Shown: piece after piece, positions 23,011 to 34,219 of the stretch
Numbering within the stretch: position 1 is the stretch's first letter
Layout of the letters: each line of letters begins with the position of its first letter
From: Schizochytrium sp. TIO01
Taxonomy: Eukaryota > Protista > Bigyra: Labyrinthulomycetes
Assembly (NCBI GenBank): GCA_004764695.1
Contig: SMSO01000034.1
Location: forward strand, 4,154,001-4,218,000
DNA: 64,000 nt
Direction: 5' to 3'
Made by a program: the position numbers and the translations under genes
The notes under the pieces: model-generated
The model's database searches: none
The model's input: only the letters and a program-made list of their open reading frames with translations
Told to the model about the DNA's origin: nothing

Positions 23011-25734
23011 GGGAGCTAGAACGTGCCAGGATTGTGGCCTCGAGCTCTTCAGCGATGACGGCCGTCTTGGCCATGGATAAGAGGAGGCCAGGGTTCGCGA
23101 GTTGGTGGTCGGCAACTCTTGCTGGTGTCAATCTGATGGGCGAGGGGAACCCAAGAATTCAGGATCGTCAAGGCCAGCCAATCAGCCAGCCGTCTTTCGG
23201 CAGGACTTGCGAATGAATAGTTGCAATCTTCAAACTTTTACACTGTGACTGCCTACGCGCTCGCTGATGGGCACCAGTGATGCGTTGGCGGGTTTGTCCA
23301 GAAAGGCAGTCGCTTGGCAGCATACTCGGAGCATGGTCGGCCAGGAATTTTGTAATTTGTCACAAGGTCGTAAGAAGAGGGGTGTAAGAGAAATGAAGGA
23401 TTCCAAATGACCACCAGCTATGGATAGAATGCGAGGTTGATATTATAGTTGGTAATTGTTTCTTGGGCGCCTTTTAGCGAAAAGTAATGACAAGGTACTT
23501 TCCAGTGGAGGAGTATTCGAATAAATAATGAACAAACACATAAACAAAAAATATTTTATTTACTTTACAGAATTTGTTTTTTTACCATGGAGTTATCCCC
23601 ACTATATGGAATATTATTATCTATATATGTAGTTAAACAATGTTCTTTTTAAAAATACATTTTAAAATCACATGATGTACTATCTAACAATAAATATAGA
23701 CATATGTATTCCATCACATTGTCTATTTGCATTAGCAGAGTTCACATGGTTACAACTAAAAACTTGAATAGAAAGACTTCAAATGTTTACACTTTAGAAA
23801 AAAGAAAGAGAAAAACAAATCTGATTAAAATAAAAACTAAAACTAAATAAATTATTAAATAAATAATTTTTACATTTTTAGTTTTAAAAAAACTTGATCT
23901 ATCTTGAAAGGTATTACAAGAGTAGAATTACATCATGCCTGGTCGAATAAAGTTCAAGACACAGGCGATTCTCGCGAATGACAAAATTGACCAAGCCATA
24001 TGCTAAACATATGCGCCTATAACACGAATAAGTTGTGAATAGTTCACGTGAGAGTTTATGATGCAGCAGAGCGATTTGCATTTTGCACTCAAAGACAAGA
24101 ATGTTCCCACATCTTTCGGATGTGGGAGATCTAAGATGATCATAGCAGGAGACGTGATTAGAAGATTCTTAGGAGAACAAAAACGATGAGTTCTAAGTGA
24201 CAAAATATGCAACAGATTCATAGAACAAAAAAATGTGAACAAAATTATAGATCCTACAATTTTCGTGAAGCACCATTATTTCGACCCTTGTAGATTCACT
24301 TTACCTATTTTTAGCACTAGGCTTGCAAGGAGCACATATAATATCCTTTCACAGAACTTCTAAGCGCATACAATCTCAACATGTATACTCCGAGGCGTGA
24401 GTAAGAGCTTCTCGACGTGCAGTTTTTCTGTAAACTTGTGCTGCCAGTTTCTCTTTTGCAGCCCCGTTGCATACGCCTGACCTGGCAATGACAGGATGTT
24501 AGACATAGAATCGCTCAGCCTTTCGCCATAGAACTCACTTTAGTTTAACGTTAACTCAATAGTAAACAAAGTTTTCGCACGTCTCCAACAACCTGCAGCG
24601 GATTCTGTATTTATTTATTCCGCACAACTCTTCCACGAAAGATCCCCTCCTATCACTGCCTAATTAATTATTCTGGGCGACCTTTCCAAAACAGGCACAG
24701 CCCTAAAGAGAGCTGATTACAATAACAACTGCAGTGTGTGGCAAAAGTCTCGTGGAATCCCCATTTCGCCTTGGCCTCTGAAGTTCATTGTTCAATCTTT
24801 GAGAACCGCAAAGCGCACGCTGTACTAGACAGAGCGCTCGCAACGTTTCCAGCAAGTTGCTCGCACAGCTTATTGTTACTTGCTGTCCCATTTCTCACCT
24901 CCTAATTAAAAAAACTCCATTTTGTCTGAGTTCCGTGCCGTGCTCTCACCCAGAGATGCATATATGGTGGAATGAGGATATTTGATTGACCGATGCTTTC
25001 AAAGTTGGTTTCATCAAACAAAACAAAAAAGACTTGCAAGTTCTATCCCGATCTACCAAACTGCCTCAAGTCTGCCAGCTGTCCCTCCATGTCCAAATTC
25101 ACCGCTATGATCCGAGCCCCCCCACTATCCGTTCTGCCATTTTCCAATTCATAGCCGACTCTTGCGAACGAGCAGGTACCTGGTACTCTCCATGTTTGAT
25201 TAAGTAGACCACGTCGCTTTCAGCCCTTCTCCAGCGGGGCGCTGAGAACGCTCTTGAGCCAGAGCTCCCTGCTTTCTGATCAATAATCGCTGGCGCCATC
25301 AACCTGTATATCCAACTTCTTAGCTCTTGCCACCTGCGGCTGGCACGAGCGGTTCCGGATATGAAGTTCCTGGCGGGCCCAGATTTGGAAACTTTTGAGG
25401 CTTGCAGTCTCCGCAGACACACCCGCGTTCTCGCACGTTCGAACCGGCTGGGAGCACTTCGCAGAACCGGCAGATACAGATACTGCTGTTAAGTAGGCAC
25501 ACCTACGCCAAAGATAAGAAATGAAAGAAACACAACACAATCAAATCAGTTCACAACGCGAATGGAAACTGGCTAACAAATACGCCGCAGGCCGTCCAGA
25601 GCAGCAGAGGCCAGAGCCAGAACGGGCTCCAAGCTCTGAGCTGGCGACAGGTACCTGCTGCAGCAGGCTTTGCAATGTCTGAGAAATCTTAGGTTGGTTT
25701 GAAATAGGGGTTTGCAATAGAAGGCGGGAAACTT

Positions 25735-25846
25735 CAATTTGAATCTAAATTTGATTTGAATTTGGATTTGGATTTGAATTTGAATTTGAATCGGATTTGA
25801 ACGAGCCCTGTCTCAAGCTTGAGCTTGAGCTTGAGCTTGAGCTTGA
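25735..25846. repeat. Adjacent hexamer arrays (GRATTT)n and (AGCTTG)5
   Basis: Directly visible at about 25735-25800 and 25816-25846. Confidence 0.85.
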
Positions 25847-27028
25847 CCTACAGAAAACCTCACATCTCATCGCAAGCGCAAGCCCTGATGGCGCAGCTCG
25901 ACTGCAGTTTCTTCTGCCTCTGCACAGGGCTGCTCGCGAAGCCTGCGCTTTCAAAGGTGCACTCCTGCGAACGGAAGATGCTTGCGTTGAATGCGGAACG
26001 AAGAAAAGGAAAGATACTGCTATTGCCGCAGTTGCTGTGCCAGTGGAGCGAGCGACCGTCTGCCCAAGCCATCCCACTAGGCGAGCCGGGCTTCCAATGC
26101 AAGCAGCGACATTGCGTAAGGTGAATTGAGCACCACGCAGCGGCCTGCTCAGGCTTGCGCTGCGGCCTCGGCCTCCATCTCTTCAGGCCTAAGAACTCTT
26201 TCTTCTTCGTTCCTGTTTCAAGTTACCTTTCCGCTATCATATCACATATAGTGCGAAAAAGAAGCAAGTGTTTTGTTCGACCTACTATGATTACTACGGA
26301 GGGTCCTAAGTATGCCGCAATTCATTTGTTTTTTCACTTTGTATTTTTAATTTAAAATGAAGACATTTTTTAATTTAAAAAATAGGCATTATTCTACTAT
26401 ACTTTATTAAAAAAACATTTCAAACATTTCAAAAACATTTATTTATGTATAAAATAAAAGCATGTGTAAACCAAATATTGTATTCGCTTCTTCGAAATAG
26501 CGTACAGTGCTCCGTCGCTTATAATCCTACATCTCCCTCCACCCAAACCATGTTGTTTCCCGCAAGAGGCATTCGATTCAGTATTCGAGTGAGCGCCTCG
26601 AAAGGGATTTCTGGTTGTTTTTGCACACACTAAGGAACTGAAGTGATTCTAAACTGTTTCCATTCCACATCAATAACTAACTAACTAGCTACAGCAATCA
26701 ATGAAACACCGTAAACAATTAGGATGTTCTTTGTTGGACCCTTTTCTCCTCTTCGAAGAAAGAAGCAGCAAAGGCGGAAACAGAGAACCCTGCGAGGAAT
26801 TCGCGCCCTTCGTGCTCAGCGCCAAGGGACGCCCGAGGCCGCCTCCGGCGCCGCCCTCGCTCGCAGCCTGCCAGGGGAAACGGGTGGGCGGAGGGGGGCT
26901 GCGAGCGGCCTGGCGGCCTCGCCCGCCTCGAGAGAACTGGCAATTCTGAAGACTTTCTCTCTCTCTCTCGCTCCGTGTATCTTCAACTTAGATAGACATG
27001 TATCTCTCCGCGCATTCATTCCGCGACC

Positions 27029-27610
27029 ATTATTATTATTTATCATTATTATTATTATTATTTATCATTATTATTATTATTATTATTGTCATTATTATGG
27101 AGAGGTGATCGAAGATGTGCGTGCATTCACGGCCTTTCAAGTACTTAAGGAGAAAGGAGAATAAGTCAATGAGTCAATGAGTCAACGAGTAAAGATGTTC
27201 TTTTCGATGGTGGATCAGACTGAGAGAGGTTCACGACATCATTTTGCATTAGTTTAGTTGTGGAGCAGTCAGAATGAGCGATTGAGCGATTGAGCGATTG
27301 ATCGATTGATCGATTGTGATTCGCAGTTGGAAAGTAAGAGCAGGAAATCAGAGGTTTTGTAATGAGGGGCGTTGTTGATTGATGGGTTCAAATTCCTCTC
27401 CCTCCGTTGAACTTGGAGAAGAAGAAGAAGAAGAAGAAGAAGAAGAAGAGAGGAGCAACGAACTCGATGCTGGAAAGGACGGAGGGCAGGCAGTCAGTCC
27501 TTCGTCAGTCGGTTTCGAAGCTCTCCACCGATGAGCCATTTCGATGGCCGTTCGAACAGAGGGTTTTCAAAAGCAGACGCACAGTCAGACAGTCAGACAG
27601 TCAGACAGAC
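27029..27610. repeat. Microsatellite cluster: (ATT)n, (AGTCAAYG)3, (GAKCGATT)5, (GAA)n, (ACAGTCAG)3
   Basis: Visible at 27029-27098, 27164-27190, 27276-27315, 27418-27448 and 27581-27604. Confidence 0.9.
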
Positions 27611-28286
27611 ATAGACCTTGGAGAGAGACACACAATCAAACGAAGAGCGCGATTTCTTTCTTCTTCTCTCCATCTGCGAAAGGATTTCGAGTTATTCTTC
27701 TGCCGGGAAGAAGAAAGCGTATTTTAAAAGTAACATATTTCACTATATGAATTTATTCATTTTGAAATAAGATAATAATAATAACAATAATAAGATTTGG
27801 AAAAAGATAAACGAAGAAGTTGCAAAAAAGGAATGATGGGAGCATTGAATTCTGCGAGTTTAATCTTCAAATACACGGCCGGACAGGTCCGGCGCGAGGA
27901 GCCTTCATCCTTCCCTGGCGCCTTCGCATTCACATCGCGAGGCGGATCGAAGGGTGTCTGCGAAGAAGCACACTCAAGTCGTCACAAAAACTCGGATTGC
28001 GAGGTACAAAACTACTCGAAAGAAAGCAGCGGAAGTGGGAACCAAACACGATCTGATGTATTGATTGACTGAGGAGACGATGAAAAAAAAGGAAAGTGCT
28101 AAACAAGGGGAGAAATCAAACAATCGCTCAGCGATGTCTTTGGAGCGCCCGAAGCGGGCACGTCGAAGAGCCAACGCGTGCTATGCCTCGCTTCCTTTGG
28201 CTTTCTCCGGGCGCCCTTCTCCGAAGCTTGCGAAGCCACTCTCACAAACCTGGAGGAAGGAGGTGGTTTCTAACCAACTATCTCTG

Positions 28287-28315
28287 TGTTTGTCTGTCTG
28301 TCTGTCTGTCTGTCT
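28287..28315. repeat. (GTCT)n microsatellite
   Basis: Directly visible. Confidence 0.85.
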
Positions 28316-29409
28316 ATGAATAAATCAATCGATGGTTCTATCTATGTCTATGTATATAACTGTTTTTTAATTCTTAGTAAATTAATAAAATAATGTAATT
28401 GGATTTTATAAAACAAAGCCCTCCTTTCGATTGATTGAGGATAACTATCTATTATCTATCCATTGTCAGCAGCACAGCTAGTAAATAGTACTACGTCCTA
28501 CTTAGGAGGTACGTACAGATTTGACTCGAATTGATGAGATATCTGTGTTCTCTTCTTTGTACTTTCCTGTGTGTTGAAAGAAGGAGCAAATATGCTTCAG
28601 GTGCCGGTACGACCTGCAGTGCCAATCGCGTTTCGGGCTGTCCATGGCCAGCTTCGTTGGAGACCTGCCTGATAAGCTTGACCTGAGTCCATCTCGAAAG
28701 GCACCACGTATGAAGCAGCAGAAGAGTTGGCTTCGACTTGAAGGCACGGATTGGAAATCTGAAATCTCCAGGTCGTTAGAAGTTTTCAAAAGCAGGAAAA
28801 CATTCATTCTTTTCTTCCGCTGCTCGCTCAGGGAAGAAAGAAGTAGCCATTAATGAAGCGGGCCTATAGGACGAGCATAGCGAATACTCGTAGTACCCTG
28901 AGCGTTTTCCAACTGGGTCCTATATATTACACTAATTAAGAGCTTTCCTCAGGTAGTGTTCTCTTTTTTTATTTTTTATTATTATTAAAATAACTAAAAT
29001 TTAAAATTTAAAGATAGTCATTGCGTGTTTTAAAAATAAATGTTGTCATTTTTGGTTAAAATAAAAAACAACTTTTATTGAAGAATGTTTCACTTCTTCT
29101 TCGTGTAATCATAGGGAATGAAAAAAAAAAAAAAGCAATGATATGTAGAGGTGACTCGAAAAGAGAGAGAAGCGAATTGTTTCATCATAGTACAACTATT
29201 GCATAAGTTACGTCACAAGTTTTTTCTTTTAATAAGTTTTTTTATAAGTTTTTTTTTTAAAAAGTTTTTCTTTTTAATAAAATAAATATAATGATAAAAA
29301 TCTTTTTGAAAGCTTCTTTTTGATGTGAAAGAAAAGAAGGACGAAGAAGGAGGCAGCAGCAAACCAAATTCATTCCTTCCCTCGCTGTAGTGTCGAGATC
29401 TTTGGCACC

Positions 29410-32400
29410 ATGCTTATGATGCGCAGCAGCATCGTGGCGCGTAGCGCCTCGCAGCGTCTGCGCGCACGCGTGGCTCACCCGCAGGCGACCCTCGTGCTCC
29501 GCGGCCTGGCGACTGCCAAGCCCCTGGACGTTTTCCAGCCGAGGCACGTGGGTCCTGACAAGAAGGACCAGGCAGCCATGCTCCAAACCCTCGGATACAA
29601 GTCCCTCGAGGACCTCACCGATGACATCGTGCCCCGTGACATTCGTTCATACGGCAAGGAACTCGCCGGAATCCCGGAACCTGCCTGCGAGTCTGACGCC
29701 ATGGCCGAGCTCAGGTCACTGGCCATGAAAAACCAACTTTTGAAGTCCATGATCGGCCAGGGATACTACGACACCAAGACCCCGGCACCTATTCTGCGCA
29801 ACATGCTCGAGAACCCGGCATGGTACACGGCCTACACGCCATACCAGTCCGAAATCAGCCAGGGTCGCCTTGAGATGCTCCTCAACTTCCAGACCGTTGT
29901 CTCCAGCTTGACCGGTATGGAGGTCTCCAACTGCTCCCTTCTCGATGAAGGCAGCTCTGCTGCTGAGGCCATGAACATGTGCTACGCTCTCTCCAAGCAC
30001 AAGAAGCCCAAGTTCTTCGTCTCTGAAGACTGCTTCACCCAGTCTATCGGATGCGTGCAGACTCGCGGTGAGTCTCTTGGTGTGGAGATCATCGTCGGTG
30101 ACCCTGCCAAGCTCATGGATGGGTCTGCAGGTGTCTCCATGGACGAAATCTGTGGTGCTATGATCCAGTACCCGAACAAGTACGGTTCACTCGGCGATAA
30201 CCACGCTGCATTTGGCGAGGCTCTCCACAAAGCCGGTGCCCACTTTGTTGTCGCCGTTGACCTTATGGCATGTACTGTTGCCCAGCCCCCTGGTGAATTC
30301 GGCGCCGATATTGTTGTAGGATCCGCTCAGCGTCTTGGTGTGCCCATGTTTTACGGTGGACCTCACGCTGGCTTCATGAGCGCTCGTGATGATCTCAAGC
30401 GCCTCATGCCTGGCCGCATCATTGGCGCTTCTGTTGACTCCCAAGGTAACCGTGCTCTCCGCATGGCCCTCCAGACCCGTGAGCAGTTTATCCGTCGTGA
30501 AAAGGCAACATCCAACATCTGTACCGCCCAGGCTCTTTTGGCCAATGTTGCAGCAGCATACGCCGTGTACCACGGTCCTGAGGGCCTTCGCCGCATCGGT
30601 GAATCTCTTCATGAGAGCGCTCGTGGTCTTGCCCGCGCCGCCTCTGTCCTTGGTCTTAAGCCCAAATATGAATCTGGATTTTTCGACACTATCACCGTCA
30701 CCTCTGACAAGGCCCAAGACCTTATTGCGGCCGCCCTTCGCCAGGGTATCAACGTCGCGGACCTTGGCTCCAACCAGATTGGCCTTAACGTCGATGAACT
30801 CTTCTGCGAGAAGGACGCCCGTGCCATCATTGCTGCAATGGCTGAGGCTGTTGGCGCCAGCGATGCGGACCGCGAAAAGGCAGAGGCTGCCTTTTTTGAC
30901 GAGTCTGACTCAGGCAAACTCTCCGTCCCGGCTCCACGTACCTCCAAATTTATGGAACACCCCGTGTTCAACCGCTACCACTCCGAGACCGAGCTTCTTC
31001 GCTACTTGAGCTCCCTCGAACGCTGCGATATCACTCTCCGTGAGAGTATGATTCCCCTCGGATCTTGTACGATGAAGCTCAATGCTGCATCTGAGCTCAT
31101 CCCGATCTCCTGGCCCGAATTTGCTGGCATGCACCCGTTTTGCCCCCCGAACCAGGCTGCTGGCTACCACGAGATGATTGAACAACTCAACGGTTGGATT
31201 ACTTCTATCACTGGTTTTGCAGCTGTCTCTACGCAGCCGAACTCTGGAGCCACTGGTGAGTACGCCGGACTCCTCTGTATTAAGGCCTACCACGAGTCTC
31301 GTGGCGAGAGCCACCGTAACATTTGTCTCATTCCCAACTCTGCACACGGTACCAACCCGGCGAGTGCTGTTATGTGTGGTATGAAGGTAATTGGTGTGAA
31401 GAACGATGAAAACGGCAACATTGACCTTCAGGACTTCCACGCGAAGGTCAAGAAGCACTCGAAGAACCTCGGTGCCCTCATGGTTACTTACCCTAGTACT
31501 TATGGTAAGTATGAGCGTGGAATCAAGGAGATCATTGACACTGTCCACGAGCACGGTGGCCAGGTCTACCTTGATGGTGCTAACCTGAATGCTCAGCTTG
31601 GTCTCACCTCCCCCGGTTTCATTGGTGCTGATGTTTGCCACGCGAACTCTCACAAGAGTTTTGCTATTCCCCACGGTGGTGGCGGCCCCGGTGTCGGCCC
31701 CATCGGTGTTGCAGAGCACCTTGCTCCTTTCCTCCCTGGCCACTCTGTCCAGCCCTCTAGTGGTGAGGGCCGCAATACTAAGGCCAAGTCCACTGGTGCT
31801 GTTGCTGCTGCTCCCTATGGTAGCGCCGGTATCCTTCCTATCACCTGGATGTTCTTCCGTATGCTAGGTAAGCCTGGTATGCAGGAGGTGTCTCAGGTTG
31901 CCATGCTCAATGCTAACTACATCGCGAAGCGCCTCGAAGGAACCTACAAGATTCTTTTCCGTGAGAACGGTCTCTGCGCGCACGAATTTATCATTGACTT
32001 TTCTTACCTTAAGAAGGATGGTCACGGAATCACCGAAACTGACGTTGCCAAGCGCCTTACCGACTACGGCTTCCACAGCCCGACTACCAGCTGGCCTGTT
32101 CACTACAGCTTGATGGTCGAGCCCACCGAGTCCGAATCCAAGGAAGAGTGCGACCGCTTTGTTGAGGCCATGCTTGCTATTCACGAAGAGATCCAGGAGG
32201 TTATCGATGGTCGTGCTGATCCCAACGACAACGTCCTCAAGAACGCCCCTCACACCGCTTCCATGGTCCTTGAAGATGACTGGACCCACCCCTACTCCCG
32301 CAAGAAGGCCGCGTACCCTTTGCCGAGCATCAACAACCACACCAAATTCTGGCCGGTTGTTTCGCGTGTTGATAACGTCTCCGGTGACCGTAACCTTGTG

Positions 32401-32439
32401 TGCTCGTGCCCTACTGTTGAGGAGCTCTCCAGTCAGTAA
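29410..32439 (+). CDS. GLDC: Glycine dehydrogenase (decarboxylating), glycine cleavage P protein, mitochondrial precursor
   Basis: 1009 aa. Arg/Ser/Ala-rich presequence, YTPYQSEISQGRLE, REKATSNICTAQALLA, PLGSCTMKLN, SAHGTNPASA, PLP-lysine motif HK.F.IPHGGGGPG, EPTESES. Confidence 0.97.
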   Translation: MLMMRSSIVARSASQRLRARVAHPQATLVLRGLATAKPLDVFQPRHVGPDKKDQAAMLQTLGYKSLEDLTDDIVPRDIRSYGKELAGIPEPACESDAMAELRSLAMKNQLLKSMIGQGYYDTKTPAPILRNMLENPAWYTAYTPYQSEISQGRLEMLLNFQTVVSSLTGMEVSNCSLLDEGSSAAEAMNMCYALSKHKKPKFFVSEDCFTQSIGCVQTRGESLGVEIIVGDPAKLMDGSAGVSMDEICGAMIQYPNKYGSLGDNHAAFGEALHKAGAHFVVAVDLMACTVAQPPGEFGADIVVGSAQRLGVPMFYGGPHAGFMSARDDLKRLMPGRIIGASVDSQGNRALRMALQTREQFIRREKATSNICTAQALLANVAAAYAVYHGPEGLRRIGESLHESARGLARAASVLGLKPKYESGFFDTITVTSDKAQDLIAAALRQGINVADLGSNQIGLNVDELFCEKDARAIIAAMAEAVGASDADREKAEAAFFDESDSGKLSVPAPRTSKFMEHPVFNRYHSETELLRYLSSLERCDITLRESMIPLGSCTMKLNAASELIPISWPEFAGMHPFCPPNQAAGYHEMIEQLNGWITSITGFAAVSTQPNSGATGEYAGLLCIKAYHESRGESHRNICLIPNSAHGTNPASAVMCGMKVIGVKNDENGNIDLQDFHAKVKKHSKNLGALMVTYPSTYGKYERGIKEIIDTVHEHGGQVYLDGANLNAQLGLTSPGFIGADVCHANSHKSFAIPHGGGGPGVGPIGVAEHLAPFLPGHSVQPSSGEGRNTKAKSTGAVAAAPYGSAGILPITWMFFRMLGKPGMQEVSQVAMLNANYIAKRLEGTYKILFRENGLCAHEFIIDFSYLKKDGHGITETDVAKRLTDYGFHSPTTSWPVHYSLMVEPTESESKEECDRFVEAMLAIHEEIQEVIDGRADPNDNVLKNAPHTASMVLEDDWTHPYSRKKAAYPLPSINNHTKFWPVVSRVDNVSGDRNLVCSCPTVEELSSQ

Positions 32440-34186
32440 GCAGTTTTCTAGTTTCCACTTCATATGACTCTTACGTCTCCTCCTTTCCTTTTTATATATC
32501 AAACTACTACATGCCTACTTTCATACAGACCTCGATGTGATTTTTGGATTTCTACCTCTCTTATTCTCCAATATATGATCAGTTCTCTTTGTGGGTTGTT
32601 TGAACCTTTAAAGCAGTCCACTCAGACCCAGTAAATAAATCGCAGCAGCTATCTTCGCTCCGCCTTTATTCTCATGAGATCTCACTTACTTTCCAATTCC
32701 TACTCTGATGAATGAGATGCAAACAACTCCCCACGATATATTTGCATTTATGCCGCATTTACAGTAGCAATGCAAATCTGATGTCTTCTGTGTATGTATT
32801 GAAAACTGAGGGCAGATTTAGTGTTTGCTAACACATCAAGTTGATCCATAATAAAATTAATCATTCGCCAGTAGATACATCCTCGCCTTGATTTATTAAT
32901 TTGTATGCACCTACGTTTCCAAGGTCAATTTTTTTTTTTGCAGAGGTGCTTAAAATTCAATGATGCTCCTGTGTGACAGTCTCCATAAACTATTTATCAT
33001 GCATCGATTCTTATTTTCTTTTTGAGTAGTTTTGTAAAGTGCTCTGGATTTGGGTTCAACAGTAGATGTCGTGTCACAATCAGGAGATGTGTTCAACGTT
33101 GTGAAGGAGAACATACAGATAGGATGGTTTAAATATGTGGAGCAATTTTTCTCCAATTCATCTAATACCTCGCCCCCTGCAAATAAACATCAGGTATTCC
33201 TGTATCTGCGTTGAATACCATCAAACGAGCATCCGGTTCGTTCATGATCCACTCGACAACCTAACACTCACGACCCGCTGCAGAGAACTTTACGTCCTAC
33301 GAAATGAAAATTGAAGTGACATTAGAGATGAGATACTGCTGCCTTTGAACCTTTTCAACTATAGCCTCTGCCCCTTGGCACCCCTCAAGCTAATGGTCTG
33401 TGTCTGCACCGTTCAGGGTCCACTTGCGTTGCAGGTTTGGATTGCCCTCGCAACCTTGCCAAAAAGGGTATGCAAGCATGCTCCATATTCAACTTGATCG
33501 TTAAGATCAGACTTTGATCGTTAGGTGGAGTGGCAGCCCATCCGCTTTCAATCCCACATATGCGCACAATTCATCCCAAATATAGTTGTTCGTTAGTATG
33601 ATGGGAAAAAAATGAAAGTGGCGGCTTCAATAAATGATCGTTAGACTGCTTAGAATGTCGTTGAAAAGACAACTGTGGTTGCTGGCGCATCTTGCCAGAG
33701 CAATAACATCTTCTCTTTTCGATCGAACTTGAATAACAAAACGACCCTGCTGTGTTGTGCAAAGCGTTCCTGTGTAACTGAGTCGTCAAGAGTATCTACA
33801 TGTATCATTGAGTGAAAGAACTTGTTGGGTTTGACAACATTTATTTTCATGTTTTGGTCGAAAAATACCAACAGTCCCAAAACATCTTGAACTTTTCTCT
33901 TTCTTTTTAGAATATTAAACCCCGTTTTTAATTCTAGTTTCGTGCTAAGAAGAATTCCCTGAATTATGACACATCGCATTCAAACATCTCCGTCTTTTAG
34001 ACGGCAGTATTGTGCGACCCAGGTCATTTCAATCAAAACCGGCTGTGTACATGTTTTACTTTCGATAAAAGCAAATGCTCAGGAGTCCTTTCTTATTGTA
34101 TTAAAAAAAAAAATGGAAAACAAAATCAAACGAAAAATTGTTAGCCTTCTTTGTTCTCTCTGCCCCCTTCTTTTTCTTCAGAATAG

Positions 34187-34219
<33 letters not shown>

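Noticed and set aside
25745-26129. Overlapping 100-110-aa ORFs on both strands
   Set aside because: Held open by hexamer repeats and GC content; no domain signal.
28655-28780. Loose resemblance to a glycine riboswitch (GGAGA...CACC..GAAG.AGCA...CTCCAGG) upstream of GLDC
   Set aside because: Spacing is wrong, I cannot form the P1-P3 stems, and the class is known only from bacteria. An Infernal search with RF00504 would settle it.
30187-32502. Minus-strand ORFs of 176-277 aa over GLDC, and similar ones over GALK1 and MYB
   Set aside because: Expected shadows of GC3-biased genes; the poly-Cys is simply the reverse complement of poly-Gln.
32706-32781. TGATGA...CTGA resembling a C/D snoRNA
   Set aside because: No terminal stem and no recognisable rRNA-complementary guide.
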